From NCBI GenBank assembly GCA_022868165.1, contig JALHYA010000008.1:38444-102443 (forward strand): DNA of 64,000 nt. Reading direction: 5' to 3'. Below the pieces are notes generated by a model that was given only the letters and a program-made list of their open reading frames with translations, did not search any database and was not told the DNA's origin. The DNA is from Patescibacteria group bacterium. Lineage in GTDB: Bacteria > Patescibacteriota > Microgenomatia > UBA8517. This document shows positions 37,343 to 46,564 of this stretch, in pieces. The position numbers and the translations under genes are program-made. Within the stretch, counting starts at the first letter, position 1; every line of letters starts with the position of its first letter.

Positions 37343-38469
37343 GCAATCCAGTAGCCTCGCACGAAAAGCGAGGTTGCTACGGCAAGTGTAGCAAAAAGAA
37401 GCAGATATACCAGAAGTTTGACCGTTTTATGCTGTTTGGAAAGCCACAGGGCCATAAGGAGAAATCCCGGGAAAAGAATTAAAGCATACCGGGGAAAAGA
37501 AGAAAAGCTGCCGGCGAGACTCGGAATAAGAAATCCTAAGGCCAGATACACAGAATAGCTTAATCTAAGTCTAAGAAAAGAAAGAACGGAAAGAACCAAA
37601 AACAAAATAGCGGTAATAATTTCAAGATACGTACTGAATACGACCGGAAAATATGAATAATTCAGACTGGGCAATATTTTAAAGAAGTACCTATAAAAAA
37701 CTTGGGGAAAAAGCACGAAATTCGAAGAACGCTGTGCTCCGAAAATGCCAACCGTATGTAAAAAATTCAGCGGATCACCCGTGACTATATATAAATAATG
37801 CATATAGATTCCAAGTCCCAAAGGAACAAGAAAAATCCAGACAACCAATAGCCAAGATTTTCTGCGGGCCTGCCACCATTCCACAAGCAAAGCAGGAAAA
37901 AGCGCCAGTCCCAAAATTCGGGTCAGAGAAGATAATCCACCCAAAGTTCCCGACCAGAACCATCTTGATTTTCTGGCAAAATAAAATGACCAAGCCGCTA
38001 AAGCAAAAAATAAAGACTCCGTGTAATAACTTCCGAAATAAAACGAGGTCGGAAAAAGAAGAGTCAAGAAAATTGTTGTAACCGCTATCTCCTTCTCATA
38101 ATCAAGTCGGACAAGTTTCCACAAACCGACCAATCCGGCCAAAAAAGCTACGTTGGAAATCACAAGACCCGAAATGGCTAGGTTTATGAAAGAATGACCA
38201 AAAGACAGAAATCTTGCCAACAGCGGGAACAGAGGGAAAAAGAAGTATGTTAACGGCTGATAGCCCTGATAAGAAATTGCTAAGTAATGTTCTCCGTCAA
38301 AGTTGAGCCAGGACCAAAACCACGGGGCAGAAGGATAATTGGCCAGTCCCCCACCCAGAAAATTTTTCTGCAGCGTCAAAAATAGCGGCGCAAGAAAAAC
38401 AAAAAGAATCAGAAGTGCTCTCCAGGAAAGAAAACTTAACAACAACAATTTAATTTCTTTCTTCGTCAT
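37339..38469 (-). CDS. PIG-V/GT76-like (Mannosyl_trans2) polytopic mannosyltransferase
   Basis: WLNFDGEHYLAISYQGYQPLTYFFFPLFPL closely matches the PIG-V/Gpi18 signature (WDxEHYLxIAxxGY...AFFPxFPL). About 9-10 TM helices. Confidence 0.6.
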   Translation of the reverse strand: MTKKEIKLLLLSFLSWRALLILFVFLAPLFLTLQKNFLGGGLANYPSAPWFWSWLNFDGEHYLAISYQGYQPLTYFFFPLFPLLARFLSFGHSFINLAISGLVISNVAFLAGLVGLWKLVRLDYEKEIAVTTIFLTLLFPTSFYFGSYYTESLFFALAAWSFYFARKSRWFWSGTLGGLSSLTRILGLALFPALLVEWWQARRKSWLLVVWIFLVPLGLGIYMHYLYIVTGDPLNFLHTVGIFGAQRSSNFVLFPQVFYRYFFKILPSLNYSYFPVVFSTYLEIITAILFLVLSVLSFLRLRLSYSVYLALGFLIPSLAGSFSSFPRYALILFPGFLLMALWLSKQHKTVKLLVYLLLFATLAVATSLFVRGYWIA

Positions 38470-39494
38470 TCCCCAACAACTTTCCTATATACCTTGACCG
38501 TTTCCTTGGCAGTTTTATCCCAGGAGAAATCTTTTATTCTTCTAAGGCCTTTTTCTATCAGTTCTTCTCTCAAATTTCTGTTCTCGATAACTCTTTTTAT
38601 GCCTGCCGCAATATCTTTGGGATTTCCAGGGTCAACAAAAATCGCTGCATCATCTCCAATCTCGACCAGCGCTTGCGTTTTTGATGCCACCACCGGAACT
38701 CCACAGGCAAAGGCCTGGACAACCGGCAAACCGAAGCCTTCATAAAATGATGGCTGGCAATAAACAGTCGCGAGGTTGATTATTTTTACCAAATCTTCAT
38801 CGGGAACATAACCCAAGCGTAATGAGTGACTTAAGATTAAAGATTTATGAGTTAAGAGATGGGAAAGTTCGGGGTGAATTAAACTCATCTTCTCCAAATC
38901 CGCGGCTTGCTTACCGACTATGACAAGGGGTGTATTAATAATCTTGCAGGCTTCAACCAAAGCGGGGATGTTTTTGTTGTAGTTGATGTCGCCAACATAG
39001 AGAACAAAGCGCTCGGGTAAACCGTAGCGCTTTACAACATCCGACATCCAGCTTCCCACCTCCAACTTCCTGAACATTTCGCCGGCTGCCTCGTAGGTAA
39101 CGAAAATTTTCTCGGCAGGGATTCCTAGAAATCTAACAATATCTTTCTTGGAGGTCTCCGAAACCGTAATTATTGCATCGGCTTTCTTAACTGCATTTTT
39201 TTGAATCCGATAGCGGATTGCCCCTTTTAGTCCGGACGGATACTGCTTCGGATAAATAAGCGGTATAAGGTCATGAATTGTAACTATGGTTTTGACATTA
39301 TTATTGACAGGAAGCGTTAAAAAGAAAGGATTGAAATACGGATAGTGGATTATGTCAAAATCTTTCTCGACCAATTCTATTTCTTTAAGTTTTTCTAAGT
39401 GGGATATCAGTTGTGACGTATAAAATCCCACTCCCCTTACAACATCTCCGGAAATCAACGGCTTCGTGTCAACCTTAACTTTTATTTTGTTCAT
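38466..39494 (-). CDS. GT4-family glycosyltransferase
   Basis: VYCQPSFYEGFGLPVVQAFACGVPVVASKTQALVEIGDDAAIFVDP (EX7E motif). Confidence 0.8.
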   Translation of the reverse strand: MNKIKVKVDTKPLISGDVVRGVGFYTSQLISHLEKLKEIELVEKDFDIIHYPYFNPFFLTLPVNNNVKTIVTIHDLIPLIYPKQYPSGLKGAIRYRIQKNAVKKADAIITVSETSKKDIVRFLGIPAEKIFVTYEAAGEMFRKLEVGSWMSDVVKRYGLPERFVLYVGDINYNKNIPALVEACKIINTPLVIVGKQAADLEKMSLIHPELSHLLTHKSLILSHSLRLGYVPDEDLVKIINLATVYCQPSFYEGFGLPVVQAFACGVPVVASKTQALVEIGDDAAIFVDPGNPKDIAAGIKRVIENRNLREELIEKGLRRIKDFSWDKTAKETVKVYRKVVGE

Positions 39495-40288
39495 TTCCAG
39501 TTAATCAATTTGTTTTTAACCGAAGGATTGTTGAGTATTTGCCAATATTTAAAATAAGCAATTGGAAAATGTAGTCCGGAGAAAAGATCGAAAACAAATC
39601 CATACATTCCGTCCCTAATACCTCTATGCCTAATAAGAAGCATCACAAATGTCCATAGGGGCTTCGCCGTTGACCACCAAAACAAATGGAATACATCGAC
39701 TGGATATTTTTTATTTTCAAGCTCTAGGGCAGTAAGAGTTGTGTAACGATTCGCGTTTACCAGATACTTATTGAAAGTCGGTGCCGTATGGTGCTCCATC
39801 GGGTTCTCCAGCGTTCCGACGGAGCCATCTATTTGAGCTTGCTCGTGAACGCTGACTTGAGGAAGGTGACCCTTTCCTCTTCTGAATAGTCTGATTGTAG
39901 AATCCGGCCACATCCCGCTTCCTTTCATCCAGTGACCCAAAAAGTAATTTTTTCTTTTTATCCAAAACCCGTTATTTTTTTCTTTTGGGCTTTCAACAAC
40001 TTTTCGAATTTCGTTAGCAAGTGCGGGAATAACTCTCTCGTCGGCATCGAGCTGTAATATCCAATCCCCCGTTGCCGAATCAATCGCCTTTTGTTTTGTA
40101 ATGTGGAAAAGCGGTTCATGCTTAACCTTAAAAACCTTTGCACCCAGACTTTCCGCTATTTCTCGAGTTTTGTCCGTTGAAGATTCATCAAAAACGATTA
40201 TCTCGTCGACAATCTCCTTAACCGACCTCAAACATTCGGCTATATTTTTCTCCTCGTTAAAAGTGGCAAGAACAACTGAGAGTTTCAT
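39491..40288 (-). CDS. Family 2 glycosyltransferase (paralog of the GT2 at 62476-63222)
   Basis: MKLSVVLATFNEEKNIAECLRSVKEIVDEIIVFDESSTDKT. The C-terminal NYFLGHWMKGSGMWPDSTIRLFRRG parallels NFLLGHEMHWGGWWPDYVLRLIRKD in the other copy. Confidence 0.75.
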   Translation of the reverse strand: MKLSVVLATFNEEKNIAECLRSVKEIVDEIIVFDESSTDKTREIAESLGAKVFKVKHEPLFHITKQKAIDSATGDWILQLDADERVIPALANEIRKVVESPKEKNNGFWIKRKNYFLGHWMKGSGMWPDSTIRLFRRGKGHLPQVSVHEQAQIDGSVGTLENPMEHHTAPTFNKYLVNANRYTTLTALELENKKYPVDVFHLFWWSTAKPLWTFVMLLIRHRGIRDGMYGFVFDLFSGLHFPIAYFKYWQILNNPSVKNKLINWK

Positions 40289-41550
40289 ATTAGTTTTGCT
40301 ACCCGCTCACCCAATTCTATCGCAAAATTTGAACCTCTATCCCATGGGTGAATTTGCTGCATATTGGCGATATAAAGACCTTTAATGGGACTTTCCAACG
40401 AAGGCATTTTTTGGGAATAATTAAGCGGAGCTATCGGCTGGGCAAAAAATGCTGGAAACTTGTATGCCTTCTTAATCCAAGACTTATCAAAGTCCGGACT
40501 TATCTTTTTGAGATGTGGAGTAAATTCCTCTATCAGCTGCTCTGTGGAATAATCAAAAAACGGATGAGTCGGCTCCAAATAATTACCGACATAAAGAAGT
40601 CTTTCTCCATCATAATATTTTGGGTCCATGAAATTCGTGTGCTCTACTACTGCCAAAAACGGCATTTTGTCGTTAACGTTAAGCCAGTAGGTCCCGTCTT
40701 TGAAAAATTGTTGCTTAAGTGAAAGGAGTAAATTAAATGCCGCTATTCCTTTTAAACTTAAGAGCTTCTTTTTGTATAAATCCGGTAATTGTGATGTCAG
40801 TTTAACGAAGTAAAGAAAAGGCAAGGTGCAAATAACCTTATCAAAGATATATTCCCCCTTTTTGGTCTTTACGGTCAAGTTTCCACCCTTTTTAATAATA
40901 TTTTCAACCCGGGTGTCGTAATATATTTTTGCCTTGTTTGTTTCTAGTATTTTTTTCTCGAGAGCGTCTACATATGCCTGAAAACCCCCTTCGGGGTAAA
41001 CCAAGGTTGCACTTCTTTTTTTAATTCTTGCCCAAAACCATGAGGCCGGAATATCTTTGGCATATTTACCGAATTTAGACCTAAAAAGAGGCTCCCATAG
41101 AACTTTCCATGATTTATTTCCCATCGTTTTTCTTAAAAATTTTTCCGCCTTAACTCCTTCAAGAGATTTCCACGAAGAAAAATACCTTAAATAGGCAATA
41201 ACAACACCGGTTCTAATCCTATCGATCACTGAAAGGTGGGGAAACTTCAAAAGTTTTATCGGAGAATCAATTTGATAAACTTTGCCTTTATAAAGGGTGG
41301 ATGTTTGGGCGCGCTCAAAAATAAGTTTAACTCCAATCCTTTCGGCGAGGCTGCGTATCGGCCAGTCTGACGTAAACCAATGGTGATAATGTTTTTCGAT
41401 TGTCCATATCCAATTCGACTCTTTAAAGCCAAGGGCCAGCCCTCCGGGTTTTGAGTCCGCCTCAAAGACGGTAACATCCATTCCCTTTTGGGTTAATTTC
41501 TCTGCGGCCGCAAGGCCTGTAAATCCTGCTCCGATTATTCCTACTTTCAT
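40285..41550 (-). CDS. NAD(P)/FAD-dependent oxidoreductase (amine-oxidase / protoporphyrinogen-oxidase-like fold)
   Basis: N-terminal KVGIIGAGFTGLAAAEKLTQKGMDVTVFEADSKPGG (dinucleotide-binding motif), YPEGGFQAYVDAL and a C-terminal GLYIAN...GSNFAIELGERVA, as in HemY/amine-oxidase family proteins. Confidence 0.6.
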   Translation of the reverse strand: MKVGIIGAGFTGLAAAEKLTQKGMDVTVFEADSKPGGLALGFKESNWIWTIEKHYHHWFTSDWPIRSLAERIGVKLIFERAQTSTLYKGKVYQIDSPIKLLKFPHLSVIDRIRTGVVIAYLRYFSSWKSLEGVKAEKFLRKTMGNKSWKVLWEPLFRSKFGKYAKDIPASWFWARIKKRSATLVYPEGGFQAYVDALEKKILETNKAKIYYDTRVENIIKKGGNLTVKTKKGEYIFDKVICTLPFLYFVKLTSQLPDLYKKKLLSLKGIAAFNLLLSLKQQFFKDGTYWLNVNDKMPFLAVVEHTNFMDPKYYDGERLLYVGNYLEPTHPFFDYSTEQLIEEFTPHLKKISPDFDKSWIKKAYKFPAFFAQPIAPLNYSQKMPSLESPIKGLYIANMQQIHPWDRGSNFAIELGERVAKLI

Positions 41551-41553
41551 TTT

Positions 41554-43209
41554 TTAGTTTGCGACTATCTCGAAATATATGTATCCGTTTTCACCATAAA
41601 TTTTCTTGACTATATTCGCCTCATTCGGAATTTCGTCGGGGGTTCCAATTATCATGCTATTCGGGTTTCCGGTCTGAATTTTAGCAAAATCGATGGGCTC
41701 AAAGTAATATTTGCCGAAATTTCGCACAGTTGAGAACCCGTACTTATCCCTTGGAATCAGGGTGTGCTCTTTTTGGAACTGCGCCGGAGGATACTTCATG
41801 GAATAACCGTCTACGCCGTAGAAAAGAAAAAGAATGTATGGCTGGTCGTATCGGTCGGTAATAAATACCTTTTGATATTTGAACTGATTTGCTTCGACAT
41901 ATGAGACCAATTCTTTTACTCCGTACTGTGAAGAAAACGGATATTCTTTTGCAATATGGACGTAATACATGTGTAAGTATCGCGTGAGAGACCACGCGAT
42001 TACAATGATCAATGACCAATGGCCAATGGCCAATAAAGATTTTCTTTGTCGTTTTAGCCAATCCAGAATTGTAATAAGACCGAAGGAAGAGATAATAACC
42101 AAAGGTATAACCATATTTTGTGCCCTCAAGGCAGAGGGAGACTGAAAGGTTAGGGCTGATGCCAATGGGGCGATAATCAACCAAAGCAACACTACTCCCC
42201 ATCCCTTGGAGTTTTTGACGACTGCCATAAGTCCGGCGGCCAAAAACAAAATATCGAAAAGATACATTTGCCCCGTTTCCGGTACTTTATTTCTTTGAAC
42301 GCTGTCTCCCGTCATAAACAAAAATTCTCCGTCGAAGTGTTTTGCCCAATTTCCCAAAAACGCCAGGCCATAATTAACCGCTTTGTTATGATAAACTTTT
42401 GCCACCAAGCTGGTAAAATCACCGTGTTCCCCTCTTTGCTCATTGATTCTAGACAGGGGTCCGGGATCTGCAAAAAGTCCAACTCCTGCTATCCTGGAAA
42501 GCACGGCTGTTCCCGTCAAATCCTTAGCCAAAGGCACCAACAAAAGAATTAAGAATAAGGAATTAAGAATTAAGAACTTAATATTCTGTTTCTTAAATAA
42601 TACCTTTCGATAAATAATTACCAATCCCAATCCTAAAAGCGGGGCAACTATCCTTGCTGCGTGGTAGGCATATAAAGATAGAGCAAATGCAATAACGGAG
42701 AGCGCAAAATATAGAATAACCCACTTCGTGGTAGAATTTTTTAGTCCCTTTAAGAAAAGCCAAACACCCAGAACTATTAGAAACGTTGCCGTATTTACTT
42801 CCCAGCCGCCCCGGGAAAACTGCAAGTGCCATGGACTAATTGCCAGAAAGAAACTTGATGCCAGCGCAAGCCTTTCGTCATCAAACAGCTCTTTTATCAA
42901 AAAGTACAAGATAACTACCGTCAAAACTCCTAAGGCTGCCCCGGGAATTCTAACCGACCAAACATTAAGACCGAAAAATTTTACAAACGGAAGAACCACG
43001 TAGAAGTAAAGTCCGGGTTTGTAATCGTTGAAAGATTGAAAATGAATGGGCCAAGAATTCCCGTGTTCATCCATTCCTGTTTGTATCAGGGAATAGACGT
43101 TATACCCTATTGCCGCCTCATCCGCATTAAGAGCCGGATAATCTCCAAGGCGGTAAAACCTTAAGATAAAGGCAAGCAAAATAATCGCCAAAAGAATAAA
43201 TTTCTTCAT
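41554..43209 (-). CDS. ArnT/PMT-family (GT83/GT39-like) polytopic glycosyltransferase, paralog 1
   Basis: LNADEAAIGYNVYSLIQTGMDEHGNSWPIHFQSFNDYKPGLYFY is the hallmark ArnT/PMT first periplasmic loop (DExxxxY...G.DE.G...P...F.D.KP). 551 aa with a conserved C-terminal domain. Confidence 0.8.
   Translation of the reverse strand: MKKFILLAIILLAFILRFYRLGDYPALNADEAAIGYNVYSLIQTGMDEHGNSWPIHFQSFNDYKPGLYFYVVLPFVKFFGLNVWSVRIPGAALGVLTVVILYFLIKELFDDERLALASSFFLAISPWHLQFSRGGWEVNTATFLIVLGVWLFLKGLKNSTTKWVILYFALSVIAFALSLYAYHAARIVAPLLGLGLVIIYRKVLFKKQNIKFLILNSLFLILLLVPLAKDLTGTAVLSRIAGVGLFADPGPLSRINEQRGEHGDFTSLVAKVYHNKAVNYGLAFLGNWAKHFDGEFLFMTGDSVQRNKVPETGQMYLFDILFLAAGLMAVVKNSKGWGVVLLWLIIAPLASALTFQSPSALRAQNMVIPLVIISSFGLITILDWLKRQRKSLLAIGHWSLIIVIAWSLTRYLHMYYVHIAKEYPFSSQYGVKELVSYVEANQFKYQKVFITDRYDQPYILFLFYGVDGYSMKYPPAQFQKEHTLIPRDKYGFSTVRNFGKYYFEPIDFAKIQTGNPNSMIIGTPDEIPNEANIVKKIYGENGYIYFEIVAN
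42010..42034. repeat. Near-tandem heptamer repeat (CAATGRC x3.5)
   Basis: aatgaccaatggccaatggccaat, encoding LAIGHWSLII within the ArnT-like paralog 1. Confidence 0.4.
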
Positions 43210-43233
43210 AACTTCATAAGTTTCAAGCTTTGC

Positions 43234-44895
43234 TTATTTCACCTCCACTATTCTAAAAGCAACTGTACCATCGAGATATCTTATTTCTTTTATTGGCTTT
43301 ACAAAGTTTGAATTATTGGCATCTTCGGACGGAATAATGATGGGATCAGCAACAACTAATGTTCCGTGCTCTTTTTTATTAATCGGCCAATCTATTGCCG
43401 TGAACTGAATATTATCAAGTTTGGTGTGATATCCTACGTCAGCTACGTTTTCGCTGGGGACAAGCTCAGCCGTTTTTTGATATTTGGCGGGGTCGTACCG
43501 CTGAAAAAACAAAAAATAAATATAGGGCTGTGCAAACGATTGCTGTACTTTTATGGTCTTATACTGCGACTGGATTGAGGTAACCGTTTGGACTATTTGT
43601 TTGTAGCCATAATCCCAATATTGAGAGTTATGCTTCAGTTGATGGACAAAATATTCTTCTAAGAAATAAGAATAGTTAATCAAATAAATAAAAACAAAAA
43701 GACCCAAGAGCCATTTTTTCCATTTGAAAAGTTGGGTTAACCCTACTGCCGACATTATTATCAGAGGAACAGCGAGAGCGAATGCGCGAACGGAGTGGAC
43801 CTCGTTGCGAGATAAAGCTGCCGGAAGGGGTGCCAGAACCATCCATAGGAATACAAACAGAACTTCTTTCTTTACTCCCATGCGAACAAGGCCAATAAAT
43901 CCGGCAATTAGAAGAATTAAATCCGCAAAAATAAATACGCCGACATAGGGAGCCGATTGCCTCGGATTGGACCAGTCGCCCTCAAAAAACAGGAACCTTC
44001 CTGAAAAATGATTAAACCACCTACCCAGAATTGCTCTCTTAAAATTTAGCGTTTCCGAATGGAAAATATAATAGGAAAGACTGCCGATTTTTTCGTTTCC
44101 TTCCGACAAAAAAGCCGTGAGAGATTCTGTTGTCCTCGGGTAGGAAAAAATACTAAAGACGTTAAGTCTGCCTGTTTCTCCTCGAAAAAGACTGATGAAA
44201 ATAGGAATTGCTATTACGATTCCTATGAGGACCGAAGCTCCAAGTATTTTCTTGGATGCAGAAAATATTTCGCGCCAATAAAGTAAAAGCAAAATTATCA
44301 CTACAATCCCTGTCGCCAGTTTTGCCCCTTGGTAAGCAAGAAGGGTTAGAGAAAAGAAAATCGAGGATAAAATCAAGAACTTTGGTTTTTCCAAAAATTT
44401 CAGGAAGAAGTAAATTCCTGCCAAAGTAAGGGTGAGGGCTATATTTGCTTCCCATGCCCCACGAGACAGATATAGAAACCAGGGGTTGATGGCCGCAAGG
44501 AATGCGGCACAGATGGCCAGTAACTTATTATTAGCAAATAGTTTTGAAACGATAAGATATATAAGGAAAACCGAAAAAATACCTGCAAGGGCGCTGGGAA
44601 ATCTGGTAGCAAACTCCGTCAAACCAAAAACGGCTACCGGAGGAACAGTTAAATAAACATAAAGTCCGGGTTTATAATCGCCGAAGGATTTGAAAATAAC
44701 CGGCAAAAACTTTCCGTATTCGTCTCTTCCGGTTTTTATTATCGAGAAAGCGTTATAGCCCAATGCCGCTTCGTCCGCGTCAAGCGAGGGAGGATTGGAA
44801 CCCAAGTTCCAAAAACGCAATATTGCGGCCAAGAGAAAAATTATAGTTAATGGCCAATGGCTAATGGCTAATTTTCTAATTTGCATATATTTCAA
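43234..44895 (-). CDS. ArnT/PMT-family polytopic glycosyltransferase, paralog 2
   Basis: LDADEAALGYNAFSIIKTGRDEYGKFLPVIFKSFGDYKPGLYVY. Confidence 0.8.
   Translation of the reverse strand: MKYMQIRKLAISHWPLTIIFLLAAILRFWNLGSNPPSLDADEAALGYNAFSIIKTGRDEYGKFLPVIFKSFGDYKPGLYVYLTVPPVAVFGLTEFATRFPSALAGIFSVFLIYLIVSKLFANNKLLAICAAFLAAINPWFLYLSRGAWEANIALTLTLAGIYFFLKFLEKPKFLILSSIFFSLTLLAYQGAKLATGIVVIILLLLYWREIFSASKKILGASVLIGIVIAIPIFISLFRGETGRLNVFSIFSYPRTTESLTAFLSEGNEKIGSLSYYIFHSETLNFKRAILGRWFNHFSGRFLFFEGDWSNPRQSAPYVGVFIFADLILLIAGFIGLVRMGVKKEVLFVFLWMVLAPLPAALSRNEVHSVRAFALAVPLIIMSAVGLTQLFKWKKWLLGLFVFIYLINYSYFLEEYFVHQLKHNSQYWDYGYKQIVQTVTSIQSQYKTIKVQQSFAQPYIYFLFFQRYDPAKYQKTAELVPSENVADVGYHTKLDNIQFTAIDWPINKKEHGTLVVADPIIIPSEDANNSNFVKPIKEIRYLDGTVAFRIVEVK
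44847..44873. repeat. Near-tandem heptamer repeat (TAATGGC x3)
   Basis: taatggccaatggctaatggctaat, encoding LAISHWPLT near the N-terminus of ArnT-like paralog 2. Confidence 0.4.
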
Positions 44896-46564
44896 AAGCA
44901 GGATTTCCGTCCAAAAACTTAATTGTTTCCAATTTCTTCCACTCCGAAGGGTAATTTCCGGGACCGGTTATCAATAAACATTTGGAAATTGTGCAATCCA
45001 CACTGCCTTTGCTTTCCAGAACAAATGTTTGTCCACTTTTGGGAATCTGCCAATCATTCACAAAATAAAACTTATCGAGCCTGTCTACCCAATACCAACC
45101 GGACTGGAAAAATCTTATCGCACTGGAGTCATTTTGATATTTGGCCGGGTCCCAGGGCCAATAGAAGAGGAAAAATTCGTGCGGCTCCCCGTATTTTTTG
45201 GTAACAATTATCTTGTCGTACTTGGAATAGTTTGCCTTGGTGTATTCGACAGCCTGTCTATATCCATACTGCCAGGACCACGAATAAGTTCGCGGATACT
45301 TTATAAAGTAGTTGATAAGATAGCTTTCGGCAAAAAAGTATATACCGATTAAGTAAAGCGCAACTAATATGCTCTTATATTTTCCGGCAGTTTTTTTGTT
45401 TAAATAATCAAAAACAAAAAATGCGCCAAGTGCCGATAAAATTTGTGGCAATGGCAGCATTGTCGAAATCCTGGTCACGGCAAAGTGCTCATTGGTAATA
45501 GCTCCCGGTATCGGACTTAATAGAAGCCAAACTAAAATAAATTGATAATCCGTAGAATCTTTCGCTCGTTTAAGAAGTATTAAGAGTCCCAGATAAAAAA
45601 ACGGCAAGTTGATTAAATAAGAAAGCCCAAAACCCGGAAGGCTATATTGATATTGAGTTCCCCCGTTTAGAAAAAGGAATTTTGGCGAGAAATATTCAAG
45701 ATAATTCTTTGTAAATTGAGAAGCGAAATAGGTTGGACGGTTATAAACAACTTTTGAAATTAAAACGGGGAGTTTTGAATTATTTCTATTCTCGATAATT
45801 TTATTTACCGCTGATTGATTTATTATAAAAAGCCACTGGCCTCTGGCTCTGGAGCTGGGTTCCAATATTATTGCGGCGGCCAACACAAGGAACGACAAAA
45901 CCACAGATATCAAAAGAGCAAACAAAAATCCACCCTTTTTAAATAACGACTTAAAATCTTGACGATAAATAATAACCGCGGCAACCAAAATCATCGGAGA
46001 GAAAATTCTTGTTGAATGATAAGCAAAGAGCGACAAAAAGAGCGAAACAAGCGACAAGGGCAAAAGATATTTGCTTTTATGCCAATTGAAAAATGCTGCC
46101 ATAGCTGTAACAAGAAGAAAAATGGAAACGTTTTGTTGAAGCACAATTCGTGAGGTAAACAACGTCCATGGCTCAACTGCAACCAAAAAAGATGCCAATA
46201 AAGCCAGCCCCCGCCGCTTCGTTAATCCTAACGCCAGGAAGTATGTTGCGACTACTGTTAATACGCCCAATATCACATGAGGAAAACGAATCGAAAATGC
46301 GTTTAGCCCAAAAACTACAATCGATGGAATCGTAATATATAAATTTAAAGGTAGAGGATAATCTCCATAAGCCCGAAAGTTTACTAAAGGAAATTTCTGT
46401 CCCCATTGATCGGCACCAGTCTTTAATATCGAATAAGCGTTATAACCGTGCGAAATCTCGTCCCAATTAAGCGCTGGTGGAAATTTATCCAGGTAAGCAA
46501 ATCTGAGAGCAAAGGCAAGAATAACAGTAAAAACAAATAAGGCCAAATATTTATATTTCGTCAT
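44876..46564 (-). CDS. ArnT/PMT-family polytopic glycosyltransferase, paralog 3
   Basis: LNWDEISHGYNAYSILKTGADQWGQKFPLVNFRAYGDYPLPLNLY. Confidence 0.75.
   Translation of the reverse strand: MTKYKYLALFVFTVILAFALRFAYLDKFPPALNWDEISHGYNAYSILKTGADQWGQKFPLVNFRAYGDYPLPLNLYITIPSIVVFGLNAFSIRFPHVILGVLTVVATYFLALGLTKRRGLALLASFLVAVEPWTLFTSRIVLQQNVSIFLLVTAMAAFFNWHKSKYLLPLSLVSLFLSLFAYHSTRIFSPMILVAAVIIYRQDFKSLFKKGGFLFALLISVVLSFLVLAAAIILEPSSRARGQWLFIINQSAVNKIIENRNNSKLPVLISKVVYNRPTYFASQFTKNYLEYFSPKFLFLNGGTQYQYSLPGFGLSYLINLPFFYLGLLILLKRAKDSTDYQFILVWLLLSPIPGAITNEHFAVTRISTMLPLPQILSALGAFFVFDYLNKKTAGKYKSILVALYLIGIYFFAESYLINYFIKYPRTYSWSWQYGYRQAVEYTKANYSKYDKIIVTKKYGEPHEFFLFYWPWDPAKYQNDSSAIRFFQSGWYWVDRLDKFYFVNDWQIPKSGQTFVLESKGSVDCTISKCLLITGPGNYPSEWKKLETIKFLDGNPAFEIYAN

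Noticed and set aside
40285-41550. Possibility that the FAD oxidoreductase is UDP-galactopyranose mutase (Glf)
   Set aside because: The N-terminal dinucleotide-binding motif fits. The rest (YPEGGFQAYVDAL…GLYIAN…GSNFAIELGERVA) matches amine-oxidase/protoporphyrinogen-oxidase-type enzymes better than the Glf GPHIFHT…W region. It is kept as a generic FAD oxidoreductase.
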